From NCBI GenBank assembly GCA_965207735.1, contig OZ242296.1, positions 928,001 to 992,000 on the forward strand: 64,000 bases of DNA, read 5' to 3'. The notes below the pieces were generated by a model. The model ran no database searches and was not told the origin of the DNA. It was given only the letters and a program-made list of their open reading frames with translations. Source of the stretch: Candidatus Versatilivorator sp. (GTDB taxonomy: Bacteria; Acidobacteriota; Terriglobia; Versatilivoradales; Versatilivoraceae). This document shows positions 37,439-50,017 of the stretch, one piece after another; positions within the stretch are counted from its first letter, which is position 1, and each line of letters opens with the position of its first letter. A program made the position numbers and the translations under genes.

Positions 37439-38257
37439 TCAGGTGTCATCCGGCCTGAGCTTGCCGGCTGCCAGGACGCCTTCCGGCTTTTGTTTGACCA
37501 AGCCGTAAGCTTTCCACCCCAATCCCGAAAACGCATATCCGGCGGCCATGAGGAGCAGGACAATCTGCGAGTAGAAGTAGATGAGCGCCACCAGCATGGC
37601 CATGAGCACGAAATTGACGAATCGCTTGCGGCTCTTGAGGTCGACATGCTTGAAACTGGGATATTTCAGAGTGCTGACCATCAAGAAGCCCAGGAATCCG
37701 ACCACCACATTCCAGAGTATCCCCGTGAGCCAGTGTTCCGGAGGTTCCGGAGAAAAGTGGACCGCGGCGGCAATCATGGCCGCGCCGGCGGGAATCGGCA
37801 TGCCGACAAAGGGCCTTTCCGAGTCCCTTCCCGAGGGCAAAGGCTTTGCGCTCTGCAAATTGAAGCGAGCCAGCCGCATGGCGCCGCATACCAGGAAGCC
37901 AAAGCAAACAATCCATCCCAGTTGTTGCAGGTGCAGAGTATGAGGCGACTCCGGAGATAGCGCCCGCACTCCCCAGAGGTAGGCCAGTATGGCCGGAGCC
38001 AAACCAAAGGTGACCACATCGGCCAGCGAATCGATTTGCACACCGAATTCGCTGCAGGAGTTGGTCATGCGGGCGATCCTGCCGTCCAACCCATCAAACA
38101 CCACCGCAAAGCCGATGGCAATGGCAGCCAGGTTGAATTCGCCCTTGAGAGCGTTGGTGACCGCGAAAAATCCGCAGAAGATGGTACCGATGGTGAACAG
38201 CGTGGGCAGGACGTAAATGCCCCGCCGAAACCGGCGTTTTTGGGAATTATTCCTCAC
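37439..38257 (-). CDS. pssA: CDP-diacylglycerol-serine O-phosphatidyltransferase
   Basis: DGLDGRIAR..SEFGVQIDSLADVVTFG and RLARFN. Confidence 0.93.
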   Translation of the reverse strand: MRNNSQKRRFRRGIYVLPTLFTIGTIFCGFFAVTNALKGEFNLAAIAIGFAVVFDGLDGRIARMTNSCSEFGVQIDSLADVVTFGLAPAILAYLWGVRALSPESPHTLHLQQLGWIVCFGFLVCGAMRLARFNLQSAKPLPSGRDSERPFVGMPIPAGAAMIAAAVHFSPEPPEHWLTGILWNVVVGFLGFLMVSTLKYPSFKHVDLKSRKRFVNFVLMAMLVALIYFYSQIVLLLMAAGYAFSGLGWKAYGLVKQKPEGVLAAGKLRPDDT

Positions 38258-38867
38258 TCCGCACCACCCTTCCGATAACGGTGCTGCCGCCCCGCACCCG
38301 GTCTCCCCGGCTCAATTCCAGAACCACCCTGTCGGGAACAAAAACATCCACCCTGGAACCGAAGCGAATCAAGCCGATGCGCTCGCCGGATTCAACCGCG
38401 TCACCCGGCTTCTTCCAGCAAACGATGCGACGCGCCAAAATCCCGGCGATCTGACTGAAACGCACCGTCAAGGAGCCATTTCCGACCGTCAGCACGTTTC
38501 GCTCGTTCTCTACGGAGGCGCGCCGGTCGAAGGCCATTCGGAACTTTCCCGGATGGTATCGGACCTCCTGGATGGTGCCCCCGATCGGCGAGCGGTTGAT
38601 GTGCACATCCCAAAGCGAGAGAAAGATGGAAACCCTGGTGGTCCCGTCCGCTTGCTTTGCCAGATCCAGGACCTTCCCGTCCGCCGGGGCCAGAATCAGG
38701 CCCTTTTCATCGGGGATTTTCCGGTGGGGATCCCTGAAAAAGAAGCCGACCAGAAAAGCGATCGCCAGACAGACCCACCCGACCGGCGCAAAGCCCAAGA
38801 TCCACAGCAGGCCGGCCATCACCAACAAGGGAATCAGGAAGACAAAGGCATCGGCGGCAATCTTCAT
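38247..38867 (-). CDS. psd: Phosphatidylserine decarboxylase
   Basis: FFRDP, APADG, DVHINRSP, NERN and IRFGSRVD (GS cleavage site). Confidence 0.93.
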   Translation of the reverse strand: MKIAADAFVFLIPLLVMAGLLWILGFAPVGWVCLAIAFLVGFFFRDPHRKIPDEKGLILAPADGKVLDLAKQADGTTRVSIFLSLWDVHINRSPIGGTIQEVRYHPGKFRMAFDRRASVENERNVLTVGNGSLTVRFSQIAGILARRIVCWKKPGDAVESGERIGLIRFGSRVDVFVPDRVVLELSRGDRVRGGSTVIGRVVRSEE

Positions 38868-39021
38868 GGCAGAGACTCGAGCAGGCCTGGGCAGGCAACT
38901 GGCTCCGGACATTATATATCAGGTGCCGGAAGGACGCTGAGACAAGGCAATAACTCGACTGCTCCGGAGCGGCTTGCTGTTGGAAAACGGAGCCTGGATG
39001 TGCCATCGGCCTTCCGGAACC

Positions 39022-39049
39022 AAAAAAGGGAACCCGGGGGTTCCCTTTT
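39022..39049 (-). terminator. Intrinsic terminator
   Basis: AAAAGGGAACC..GGTTCCCTTTT hairpin with a T-tract on the minus strand, downstream of the DUF465 gene. Confidence 0.7.
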
Positions 39050-39118
39050 CGATCCAACCATCCTCCAAGGTCCAACCATTCCCGGGCGCGCCCGAGTCGG
39101 GCCCGGCCTCGCGGACTC

Positions 39119-39346
39119 TCAATCCTGCTGCTGCAGTTGGGCTTGAATTATCTGCTGCATTCGGTCCTTGGTCCGCAGCTTCAACTTCTTCAAGTTCACT
39201 TTCTCAAGCTGCTCTTCCTGAGACAGGAAACTTCTGTTCAGCAAAAGGGAGAGTTTTTCGTCATAGGTGCTGTGTTCTCTGGCAAGTTTTCTGAATTCGT
39301 CATTGGACTGCAAGAGATGCTCTCTGATATCCAAAGTGCTAGACAC
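39119..39346 (-). CDS. DUF465/YdcH-like small coiled-coil protein
   Basis: EFRKLAREHSTYDEKL..LKKLKLRTKDRM; GTG start with a GGAGGAGG RBS. Confidence 0.8.
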   Translation of the reverse strand: MSSTLDIREHLLQSNDEFRKLAREHSTYDEKLSLLLNRSFLSQEEQLEKVNLKKLKLRTKDRMQQIIQAQLQQQD

Positions 39347-39454
39347 CGTTTGTCGTCCTCCTCCTGTATCGCAAAAGGTGGTTGCCGCTCCGCATTCCAA
39401 AGCTATCACAGCGCCAAAGACCAACTCAAGGAGCAATCGGACCGGTCTTGACGG

Positions 39455-40222
39455 CTACAGCTTCAAGTATTCCTTCAGCTTTCTGGAGTTGGAACGGCTG
39501 ACCGGAATCTCGGTCTCGTCCTGGTCGTCCATCTTGAGCTGCAGGGTCCGGTTGAACCAGGGCACCACCTCCTTGATCTTGTTGATATTTACCAGGAAGG
39601 ACCGATGAACCCGCCAGAAGATCTGGGGGTCCAGGTTGGCCTGCAGTTCCTCCAGGGTTCGATAATGGGTCTCCCCATTGAGATCGTGCGTGGCCACCTG
39701 GACGGAGCCATCCGAGACGCTGGCGAAGACAATATCGTCGGCGTCGACCATCAGATGGCGGTTTCTGTCCGTGACCAGCAGCTTCGACTTCCTGGGCGCG
39801 GCGGGAATGATCTGATTGAGCAGGTTCTTGATCCGGTCGTCCACCGGAATATTGGACTCCAGTTGCTTCCGTGCCCTCTGGAGGGCCATCTCGAGCCTTG
39901 ATTTCTCGACCGGTTTGAGGATGTAGTCCACCGCGTTGACTTCAAAGGCCCTGACCGCGTACTGGTCGTAAGCCGTGACAAAAACAACCTGGGGCAGCAC
40001 CTCCTCCTTGACCAGCTGGTGAACCACCTGAAACCCGTTGAGCCCGGGCATCTGTATGTCGAGAAACATCAGATCCGGCTCCAACTCCTTGACCAGGCGA
40101 ATGGCCTCCACCCCGTTGCGGCCCTGGCCAACCACCCCCACGCCGGGAACGGAATCCAGCAGGAAGTGAAGCTCTTCCAGGGCCAACTCCTCGTCGTCGA
40201 CCAGAATGCAGGAAATGGGCAT
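39455..40222 (-). CDS. LytTR-family response regulator
   Basis: ILVDDE, FLDIQMP, VTAYDQYA and FWRVHRSFLVN. Confidence 0.95.
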   Translation of the reverse strand: MPISCILVDDEELALEELHFLLDSVPGVGVVGQGRNGVEAIRLVKELEPDLMFLDIQMPGLNGFQVVHQLVKEEVLPQVVFVTAYDQYAVRAFEVNAVDYILKPVEKSRLEMALQRARKQLESNIPVDDRIKNLLNQIIPAAPRKSKLLVTDRNRHLMVDADDIVFASVSDGSVQVATHDLNGETHYRTLEELQANLDPQIFWRVHRSFLVNINKIKEVVPWFNRTLQLKMDDQDETEIPVSRSNSRKLKEYLKL

Positions 40223-40249
40223 TTCAGGAGGCTCTCTCCCCGGGAGCAA

Positions 40250-41596
40250 TCAGCCGGTGTTCATCCGGCTTTCCCGGGATTGCTGCAGAGGGATTTCAAT
40301 ATGGGTGAAGGTGCCTTCCCCTGGCCGGCTGCTCACCTTGAATGCAAAGTCGGTCTGATAGGCTACCTTCAAGCGTTCCAGGACATTGCTGATACCGATT
40401 CCGGAATTGTAGATCGAGGACAGCTTGTCCTCGGAAATTCCGAGCCCGTCGTCCGTAACCTGGATGCAAAGACGATGCTGATGGAGTGCCGAGCGAATCT
40501 TGATGCGGCCCCCTTCGATCTTGGTCGAAATGCCGTGCCTGATCGAATTCTCGATGATGGGCTGCAGGATCATGCTCGGGATCATGCACGGCAGTGTCCG
40601 ATCGTCGATATCCTTTTCGACACGCAGCTTGTCTTTCCCGAAGCGACTCACCTCGATGTCCAGGTAGTTGTCGATAAACTCCACTTCCTCCCGCAAGGGG
40701 ATGAAATTCTCGTGGCCCTGCAACAGCTTGCGCAGGATGTGCGAGAGCTTCAGGACCATGGCTCTCGCCTTGGCCGGATTGGAACGGATCAGCGACGCAA
40801 TGGAGTTCAGGGTGTTGAAAAGGAAATGAGGGTTGATCTGATTGGCCAGGGCGTCCAGCCGGGCCTTCACCACCAGTACTTCCTGTTCGGCAAGCTTGAT
40901 TTCCAGGCGGGTGTTGTTCCAGACCTTCAGGGTGACTCCAACGCAGCTCAGCGATGCCACCAGTATCAGGGCAAACACAATGAAACTGTCGGTGGGAAAA
41001 TAAAACAGGCGCGCCGAGGTCAACGCTTGTCCCAGGACCTGACGCAGGGTCTCCACGCCGACGCAACTGAAAAAGAAGATGAGTTGCCAGCCGCTCTTGC
41101 TGAAAAGCTGCCTGGAGAAAAAGGAAAGAACCAGGTTGATGAAAACGAAGGGCGAGAAGTTCCAGATCTCTTCTTTCCTGGGCGAAAGATTGCGCAGCAG
41201 CCCACTCAACAGCCCCAGGGTCGGGTAGATCGCCAAGGCCGCCCACTCCTGCTGCTGCAGCAACGCCACCATCCCTACGCAGCCGCCGACAATGGCTCCG
41301 ACGACGGTGCCGCCCAGGAGACCGGCAATGAAAGTGCCCTCCAGGCTGAGGTCGAAGGCAGCGAAAGGATTGATGGTCCCACTGCCCACCCCGGCGCCTC
41401 GGATGACCACTCCGATACAGAGCGGCAGGCCCCAAAACCGGATGAGGGTGAGTTTTTCCCCAGCTTCCCTTTCCTCTGCAAAGAGCGTCTTGCGAAAGGT
41501 TTGAGAACGAGTCAGCAACGATGCCAGGGAGGCGATTACCCCCAGTTTGACCAAGAGAGCAATCAATATCTCCCGGTTGGCGGCAAAGATTTCCAC
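40250..41596 (-). CDS. LytS-type sensor histidine kinase
   Basis: TM N-terminus; QINPHFLFNTLN, LQPIIENSIRHG and GIGISNV. Confidence 0.93.
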   Translation of the reverse strand: MEIFAANREILIALLVKLGVIASLASLLTRSQTFRKTLFAEEREAGEKLTLIRFWGLPLCIGVVIRGAGVGSGTINPFAAFDLSLEGTFIAGLLGGTVVGAIVGGCVGMVALLQQQEWAALAIYPTLGLLSGLLRNLSPRKEEIWNFSPFVFINLVLSFFSRQLFSKSGWQLIFFFSCVGVETLRQVLGQALTSARLFYFPTDSFIVFALILVASLSCVGVTLKVWNNTRLEIKLAEQEVLVVKARLDALANQINPHFLFNTLNSIASLIRSNPAKARAMVLKLSHILRKLLQGHENFIPLREEVEFIDNYLDIEVSRFGKDKLRVEKDIDDRTLPCMIPSMILQPIIENSIRHGISTKIEGGRIKIRSALHQHRLCIQVTDDGLGISEDKLSSIYNSGIGISNVLERLKVAYQTDFAFKVSSRPGEGTFTHIEIPLQQSRESRMNTG

Positions 41597-41889
41597 TGCC
41601 GTTCGTCCCTCGGCGGCAATCCAGGCCGGCAAGATCCGGCGCCATGATCGCTTCCCCGGTGAGACCCGCGGGGCAAGCATCATCTCGGTTGGTTACTGTA
41701 ACACCCGACTTCGGAGAATTCCAGGCAGGGCGCGTGGGATGTGGCCGGCGTTCCTTTGGAGAGCCCATGCGTCTCGGGAGGCAGCTCTTAATCCGCCGCC
41801 TACGCGGCTGCGGGTGCCGGCGGTCGTCACTTACGGGACGCCGCGTTTGCCCCCCTCCGGATCGACTGCGGGCTGCGCCCTTGTCTCTC

Positions 41890-42042
41890 CGACTCCCCCT
41901 CAAGGGGGGAGTGATACCTGAGGCCTGTAGAGGGCTTCTTGCCCAATCGCTGGGCAGGATGTAAACCATGTTCCCGGTCTACCGCATAAACTCCGTTCCC
42001 TCTTCATAACACGAGTATCACTCCCCCCTTGAGGGGGAGTCG
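41890..42042. repeat. Pair of inverted 28-bp REP-like hairpin repeats
   Basis: CGACTCCCCCTCAAGGGGGGAGTGATAC (41890-41917) is the exact reverse complement of 42015-42042; each copy is itself a hairpin. Confidence 0.85.
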
Positions 42043-42273
42043 CAGAAGCCGAGCCGAATGGCGAAGGCTGATGCGGTGGGGGGCAGACGCCGGCGCCTCC
42101 GAACGGTAGCGCCGTGCACAATGTCCGCTACTCATTTGGGAGGCCGTGCATTCGCGTCCCGAATCTGCCGCTTGGCCAGGCTCTGTCGGGAAAATTCTTC
42201 AATCCTGGTACGAGAATCGATATTCTGCACACAGGTTCGCATTCCTGGGGCTCTTGGACCACGGTGACTCCCC

Positions 42274-43248
42274 ATGCTCTACCTGACCGAAGCCGACGTC
42301 GAGCAGCTCCTCACCATGCCGATTGCCCTGGAGGCGGTCGAGGAGGCTTTCCACCACCTCGGAACGGGCAAGGCCGAAAACATTCCCAGGCGCCGGCTGC
42401 GCCTCCCCCAGGGTTCTCTGCACTTGATGGCGGCTGCCCTGCCCGACCTGGGCTATATGGGCTACAAGGCCTATACCGTCTTTCGAGGACGGCTCCAGTT
42501 CTACTTCTGGCTTTACGAGACCGAGAGCGGGGCACTGCTCTCCATGCTGGAAGCCAACCTCCTGGGACAAATGCGCACTGGGGCCGCCAGCGGCGTGGCC
42601 ACAGGCTGGATGGCCCGCCGGGACGTGCAAACCGCCGGCATCCTGGGTGCCGGCTGGCAGGCCTGCAGCCAGTTGGAAGCCGTTTGCGCAGTTCGACCCA
42701 TCCGCAGGGTCCTGGCCTACTGCCGCACCGCCGCGCGCCTGGAACGGTTCTGCGGAGCCATGCAGGAGCAGCTGGGGATACCCTGCCTCCCGGCAAGCTC
42801 GGCCGAGGCAGTGGTGGAGCAGTCCAACATCCTGACCACCATCACCAGTTCCTCCAGTCCGGTCTTTGACGGTGACCGCATTCGGCCGGGAACCCACATC
42901 AACGCGGCCGGAGGCAATTCCCTGGCCCGCCGGGAGCTGGACGAGGCCTGCCTGAGGCGTTGCGGTGCCATCGTGGTCGACTCCAGGGATCAGGCCAGGC
43001 TGGAATGCGGTGAATTCCTGCGGCCCATCGAAAGAGGAGTCCTGCACTGGGAACAGATCGGGGAGCTGGGGGAAGTGGTCACCGGAAGACGGGCTCCCAG
43101 AAACAGCCCGGGAGAGATCACTCTGTTCAAATCCCTCGGTCTGGCCGTCGAGGACGTAGCCGTGGCCGCGAGGGTGTACCGGCTGGCCCTGGAGCAGAAC
43201 AAGGGTCGAGTCGTGCCGATTGTCAATCATCCGCGGGCAACGGTATAA
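42274..43248 (+). CDS. Ornithine cyclodeaminase/mu-crystallin family protein
   Basis: MRTGAASGVA, ILGAGWQA, PGTHINAAG and FKSLGLAVEDVA. Confidence 0.92.
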   Translation: MLYLTEADVEQLLTMPIALEAVEEAFHHLGTGKAENIPRRRLRLPQGSLHLMAAALPDLGYMGYKAYTVFRGRLQFYFWLYETESGALLSMLEANLLGQMRTGAASGVATGWMARRDVQTAGILGAGWQACSQLEAVCAVRPIRRVLAYCRTAARLERFCGAMQEQLGIPCLPASSAEAVVEQSNILTTITSSSSPVFDGDRIRPGTHINAAGGNSLARRELDEACLRRCGAIVVDSRDQARLECGEFLRPIERGVLHWEQIGELGEVVTGRRAPRNSPGEITLFKSLGLAVEDVAVAARVYRLALEQNKGRVVPIVNHPRATV

Positions 43249-43312
43249 TGGGCGCCACCTGCCAGGCCAACAGGCGAGTTTACGCACCTCCGGGAGCCAA
43301 AAGGAGAACGCT

Positions 43313-43792
43313 ATGAAGATGCTTTTGCCGGGAGCCTTGATGCTCATTCTAACCGCGCCGACCCTCCACGCTCAGGTAAACCCCCGAGGAGAGACGACCC
43401 TGGAACTCAGCGGCGGCAACGTCACCGTCGAATACGGACGCCCCTCGCTCAAGGGACGGGACATCAAGACGATGATATATCCCGGCGAGACGTGGCGCCT
43501 GGGGGCGGACGGCGACACCACCCTGACCACCGAGGTGGGACTGAAGTTCGGCGATAGTTCCCTGGCCCGGGGGACCTATATTCTGCGAGCCAAGTTCCTC
43601 GAAGAGGGGAAATGGCACTTGCAGATCAGTGGCACCGACTATTCCAAAGTGGCCGAGGTCCCCATGAAGCTTGAGGAGACCTCCTCCGAGGTGGACCGCC
43701 TGAGCCTTCGGCTCGAAGGCGAGCAGAAGGCGGGCACATTCAAGGTGATGTGGGGTAAATTGAGTCTCAGCACGGAATTTACCGCACCTTGA
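43313..43792 (+). CDS. DUF2911-like exported protein
   Basis: VTVEYGRPSLKGR..WRLGAD. Confidence 0.8.
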   Translation: MKMLLPGALMLILTAPTLHAQVNPRGETTLELSGGNVTVEYGRPSLKGRDIKTMIYPGETWRLGADGDTTLTTEVGLKFGDSSLARGTYILRAKFLEEGKWHLQISGTDYSKVAEVPMKLEETSSEVDRLSLRLEGEQKAGTFKVMWGKLSLSTEFTAP

Positions 43793-43958
43793 GCAGCGAC
43801 GCCGATGGTAACGGGACGGCCCTGGCCCTGTCCTGACCGGTGCCGCCGCCCGGAGTGCAACTTCCCCCTGTCCGCGTTGAACCGCCGTACAGCCCTTCGG
43901 GGACCGGGGTCGCTACCCCTCCGGCGGTGAGTGTCCGGAGCGACCCTTTCTTTCACAA

Positions 43959-45353
43959 ATGGCCAACATGGCATCTTCTGCCCAGAACTGGCTCGAGCCA
44001 ACCTTCCTGCTGAGCCAGCGTCGCTCCACCCTGGCGGTGGAAGCTCGGGCCGGCCTATCCACCTTCCTGGTGATGGCCTACATCATCTTCGTCAATCCCA
44101 CGATTCTGGGCGGCATCCCCGACTCGACCGGGGCCACGCTGCCGTCGGGCGCCGTCTTGACCCTCACCTGCCTTGCCGCGGGGGTGCTTTCCATACTCAT
44201 GGGCCTGCTCAGCAACTACCCTTTTGCCCTGGCTCCCGGAATGGGCTTGAACGCCGTGGTGTCCCTCCACCTGGTCGGCCAGTTGCAACTCACCTGGGTC
44301 CAGGCCATGACGGTGGTCTTCCTCCAGGGTCTGATCATTCTGGTTCTGGTGCTGACCCGGTTTCGGGAAGCCATGATGGACGCCATCCCCATCTCGCTCA
44401 AGAAATCCATAGGAGCAGGTATCGGGTTGTTTCTGGCGGTCATCGGTTTCAGCAACGCTGGCTTGATCTCCCGGGGAGAGGGGGCCACGTTCTCACTGGG
44501 CAATCCGGACACCTTGGGCGTGGTGACCTTCCTGTTCGGTTTCTTTCTGACCCTATGGCTGATTTCCCGCAGGGTGCAGGCGGCCCTGCTTGGGGGGATC
44601 CTGTCCGCCACCCTGGTGGCCATCCTGCTGAACGCCGGGTTCGGCAACCAACAGGCCTTTGGCGGGGCCGCCACATTGCCCTCCAGCCTGGTCGGACTTC
44701 CTCAGGGACTGACGGGCACCGAGGCGATCTTCGGCCGCTTGGACTGGGGCTTTTTCCCTCGGCTGGGGCTGTTGGCGGCGGCCCTGGCGGTCTTTTCCCT
44801 GATGCTTACCGATTTCTTCGACACCATGGGTACCGTGGTGGGCCTGGGGGAAGAGGCGGGGTTCCTCGAACAGGACGGCAAACTCCCGGGGATCCACCGG
44901 GTGTTGCTGGTAGATTCGCTGGGCGCCGTATTTGGCGGGCTGTCCAATTGCAGCAGCAATACCACCTATATCGAAAGCGCCGCCGGGATCGCCCAAGGAG
45001 GGCGCACCGGCTTGACCTCGGTGGTGGTGGGACTGCTGTTTCTGTCCGGCATGTTTTTCAGCCCCTTGGCGGGAATTATTCCCAAGCAGGCCACGGCCGC
45101 CTCTCTGATCTTGGTGGGATTTCTGATGATGGGCGTTCTGCAGGATATCTCCTGGCGCCGTATTGGCGAAGGCGTTCCCGCCTTCCTCACCCTGCTCCTC
45201 ATGCCATTCACCTTCTCCATCAGCAATGGCATCGGGGCCGGAATCATCAGCTATACCTTTCTGAAGCTGGCGGCCGGCAAGCGCCGGGAACTCCACGGGC
45301 TGATGGTGGCGGCTGCCGTTGCCTTTGCGCTTTACTTCGTCCTGTCAGCCTGA
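43959..45353 (+). CDS. NCS2/AzgA-type nucleobase permease
   Basis: MAYIIFVNP, APGMGLNA, DFFDTMGT and YIESAAGIAQGGRTGL. Confidence 0.94.
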   Translation: MANMASSAQNWLEPTFLLSQRRSTLAVEARAGLSTFLVMAYIIFVNPTILGGIPDSTGATLPSGAVLTLTCLAAGVLSILMGLLSNYPFALAPGMGLNAVVSLHLVGQLQLTWVQAMTVVFLQGLIILVLVLTRFREAMMDAIPISLKKSIGAGIGLFLAVIGFSNAGLISRGEGATFSLGNPDTLGVVTFLFGFFLTLWLISRRVQAALLGGILSATLVAILLNAGFGNQQAFGGAATLPSSLVGLPQGLTGTEAIFGRLDWGFFPRLGLLAAALAVFSLMLTDFFDTMGTVVGLGEEAGFLEQDGKLPGIHRVLLVDSLGAVFGGLSNCSSNTTYIESAAGIAQGGRTGLTSVVVGLLFLSGMFFSPLAGIIPKQATAASLILVGFLMMGVLQDISWRRIGEGVPAFLTLLLMPFTFSISNGIGAGIISYTFLKLAAGKRRELHGLMVAAAVAFALYFVLSA

Positions 45354-45378
45354 CTTGAACTTGAAAAATCAACGACGC

Positions 45379-46452
45379 ATGAAGCCACTGCTCATACTGG
45401 TCCTGCTGGGGCTGGCACTGCCCGCAACCGGCGCGCCGGTTGAATTGGAAACGCTCATGGAGAAGCTGGCTCGGGAGACCGGCTGCGCGCCCTTGGGTCC
45501 ATTGGCCCGACACGCCTTGGACGATCCGGGCGTATTCGAACCCGGGGAAGCTCAAGTCCTGGCGGAGTACGGATTCAACGACCTCAGCCGCCAGCAGTTC
45601 CGCTGCCGCGGTCGTTCCCTTCAGATCGAGATCTATCGCATGTTGGACGCCCCGGCCGCCTATGGGGTCTTTACCCTTTACCGGAAGTCCCATTCCCGGG
45701 TTCCGGAGGGTTTCCCCCGGTTGGTCGAAGAAAGCGAGCACTGGACGGCATTCGCTCAAAGCCGGTTCTACGTCAGGATCCGGCGCCCTGCCCTGCCCGC
45801 CGGGCGTGCCGCGGCCCTGGAGGCCGCCCGCTTCCTGGCCCAGGCCCTGCCTGCCGATTGGGCGCTTCCCTCGCTTGTGGACTATCTGCCCAGACAACAC
45901 CTGGTTCCCGGCAGCGAGGTGTTCTTCATGGGGCATCGAGCCTTGGGCCTCAGGCTCCCGCTGGGGCAGGAGGACCTCTTCGGGCTGGCCCACGGCGCGG
46001 AAGTCCTGATGGCGGACTACCTGCCGCGCAACGGTTCGGCCAGGCTCCTGCTGATGATCTACCCCACCCAGCAACTGGCCGGCAAGCATCTCCAAAGCGG
46101 CTACCGGCGGATGATGCAGCAACACCCCGACTGGCAGGTCTTCTACAAGCGGGAAGGGCCTCTGGTGGTGATGGTTCTGAACCCGACCGACCCGGAGGTC
46201 GCCTCATCCTTCCTGGACGAAGTCTCCTATGTCTCCTCGGTGAGTTGGGACCCAAAGGCGGAGCCCCTGTCGGTGGGACGCATGATGCTGAGCGTGTTCC
46301 TCTACGTGGGAGCGGTGATCGGGATCACGATGGTGGTGGGGCTGGGGTTCGGACTGCTGAGGTTGCTGATCAGTTGGTTCTTTCCGGGCAAGATCTTCGA
46401 CCGCAAGGAGAGTTACGAGGTCATTCGTCTTAAATTGCCGCCACCGCGATAA
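45379..46452 (+). CDS. Hypothetical exported protein with C-terminal TM anchor (DUF6599-like)
   Basis: Signal peptide, IEIYRM..AAYGVFT and a C-terminal TM helix. Confidence 0.65.
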   Translation: MKPLLILVLLGLALPATGAPVELETLMEKLARETGCAPLGPLARHALDDPGVFEPGEAQVLAEYGFNDLSRQQFRCRGRSLQIEIYRMLDAPAAYGVFTLYRKSHSRVPEGFPRLVEESEHWTAFAQSRFYVRIRRPALPAGRAAALEAARFLAQALPADWALPSLVDYLPRQHLVPGSEVFFMGHRALGLRLPLGQEDLFGLAHGAEVLMADYLPRNGSARLLLMIYPTQQLAGKHLQSGYRRMMQQHPDWQVFYKREGPLVVMVLNPTDPEVASSFLDEVSYVSSVSWDPKAEPLSVGRMMLSVFLYVGAVIGITMVVGLGFGLLRLLISWFFPGKIFDRKESYEVIRLKLPPPR

Positions 46453-46494
46453 GGCAGGGATAGTCGCCGTCAACGGCGGAAGTTGGACGGCGGA

Positions 46495-48771
<2,277 letters not shown>

Positions 48772-49041
48772 AGGCGACTACCTCTCTGGAAGTGATTGGT
48801 GGAGAGTGGTTAATGGATAGTTTCGGGAACAAGCCGGCACCTCGCTGCGTTGTGAAGCTCGTATCGGGAATGGATCCTCCGGCAGAAATCAATCAACGCG
48901 GTGAGAGAAGAACGGTTGGCGGATAGCCGCTATCCACCAGGAAACTCTTGGGCAAAACAGGGCGCTTTGTAACATTTTTCACAAAAGACTGTCAAGACTG
49001 GCTGCCCGCTGACATTCCCGTAATGCGGAGAAGCGCCACGA

Positions 49042-50016
49042 TCACTCCTCTGCAGAGTGACCGCCTTGAAATGCCAGGCAGGCGGCTCCGTAGATTCCGG
49101 CCCGACTGCCCAGGCCGGACCTGAGAATCGGCCGCGGGTCCGACTGCTGTACGAAGGAGCGCCGTCTGGCCTCCTCGAACATCGGCCTGTGAAATGCGTC
49201 CCAGGCCTCGATGGCGCCGCCTCCCAGCACCACGGCTTCCAGGTCAAGGATGTGAATGAAGCTGGCGATGCCGATGCCCAGGGCAGCACCCATTTCCTGA
49301 AACACCAGTCCGGCGGATGCATCTCCTTGCCGGGCCAGAGCGTAGACCCGATCAGCGGTGAGCGCTCCCTCCCCTCGGACCAGTCGATCCAGCTCCGGAC
49401 TGGCCCGGCCGGAGTCCGCCAGTTCGGTGGCGCACCGCACCACCGCCGTGGCCGATGCATAGGCTTCCAGGCAACCACGGTTGCCGCAGTTGCACAGGCG
49501 CCCTTCCGGCCAAACATTGATGTGCCCCAACTCGGCCGCCATCCCCCTGGCTCCGTGCCAGACGCGGCCATTCAGGATCAATCCCCCGCCGATGCCGGTC
49601 CCCAGGGTGAGAAAGGCCAGTTGGTTCATATCCCTGGCCACCCCCATCCATTTCTCTCCCAGCGCCGCGGCATTGGCGTCGTTTTCCAGGGTAAAGGCAG
49701 CGTCCATCTCCTGGCGGATCCGGTTGCGAACATTGAAGCCGGACCACCCCGGCAAGTTGGGAGCCGCAATCACCAGGCCCAGGGGGAGCTTCATGATGCC
49801 GGCCACCGCCACGCCAATCCCGGCCAGAGCGCACCGCCCGACCCAGCGGTCCCTCAGTTTCAGGATGGCCCGGCACATGCGAGCCACCACATCTTCCGGG
49901 CCCTTGCGGGCATCCGCCGCCAGTTCCAGGTGCTCCAGCAGGTCGCCGTCTTCCGCTATGACGCCCAGCTTCAGATTGGTCCCGCCCAGGTCGACTCCGA
50001 TGGCGAAGCGCTTCAT
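49042..50016 (-). CDS. ROK-family glucokinase
   Basis: GVDLGGT, ENDANAAALGE, GTGIGGG and ELGH..CNCGNRGCLE. Confidence 0.93.
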   Translation of the reverse strand: MKRFAIGVDLGGTNLKLGVIAEDGDLLEHLELAADARKGPEDVVARMCRAILKLRDRWVGRCALAGIGVAVAGIMKLPLGLVIAAPNLPGWSGFNVRNRIRQEMDAAFTLENDANAAALGEKWMGVARDMNQLAFLTLGTGIGGGLILNGRVWHGARGMAAELGHINVWPEGRLCNCGNRGCLEAYASATAVVRCATELADSGRASPELDRLVRGEGALTADRVYALARQGDASAGLVFQEMGAALGIGIASFIHILDLEAVVLGGGAIEAWDAFHRPMFEEARRRSFVQQSDPRPILRSGLGSRAGIYGAACLAFQGGHSAEE

Positions 50017-50017
50017 G

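Noticed and set aside
40019-41969. 542-aa and 557-aa ORFs overlapping the LytS kinase
   Set aside because: Antisense and off-frame shadows of a well-supported gene.
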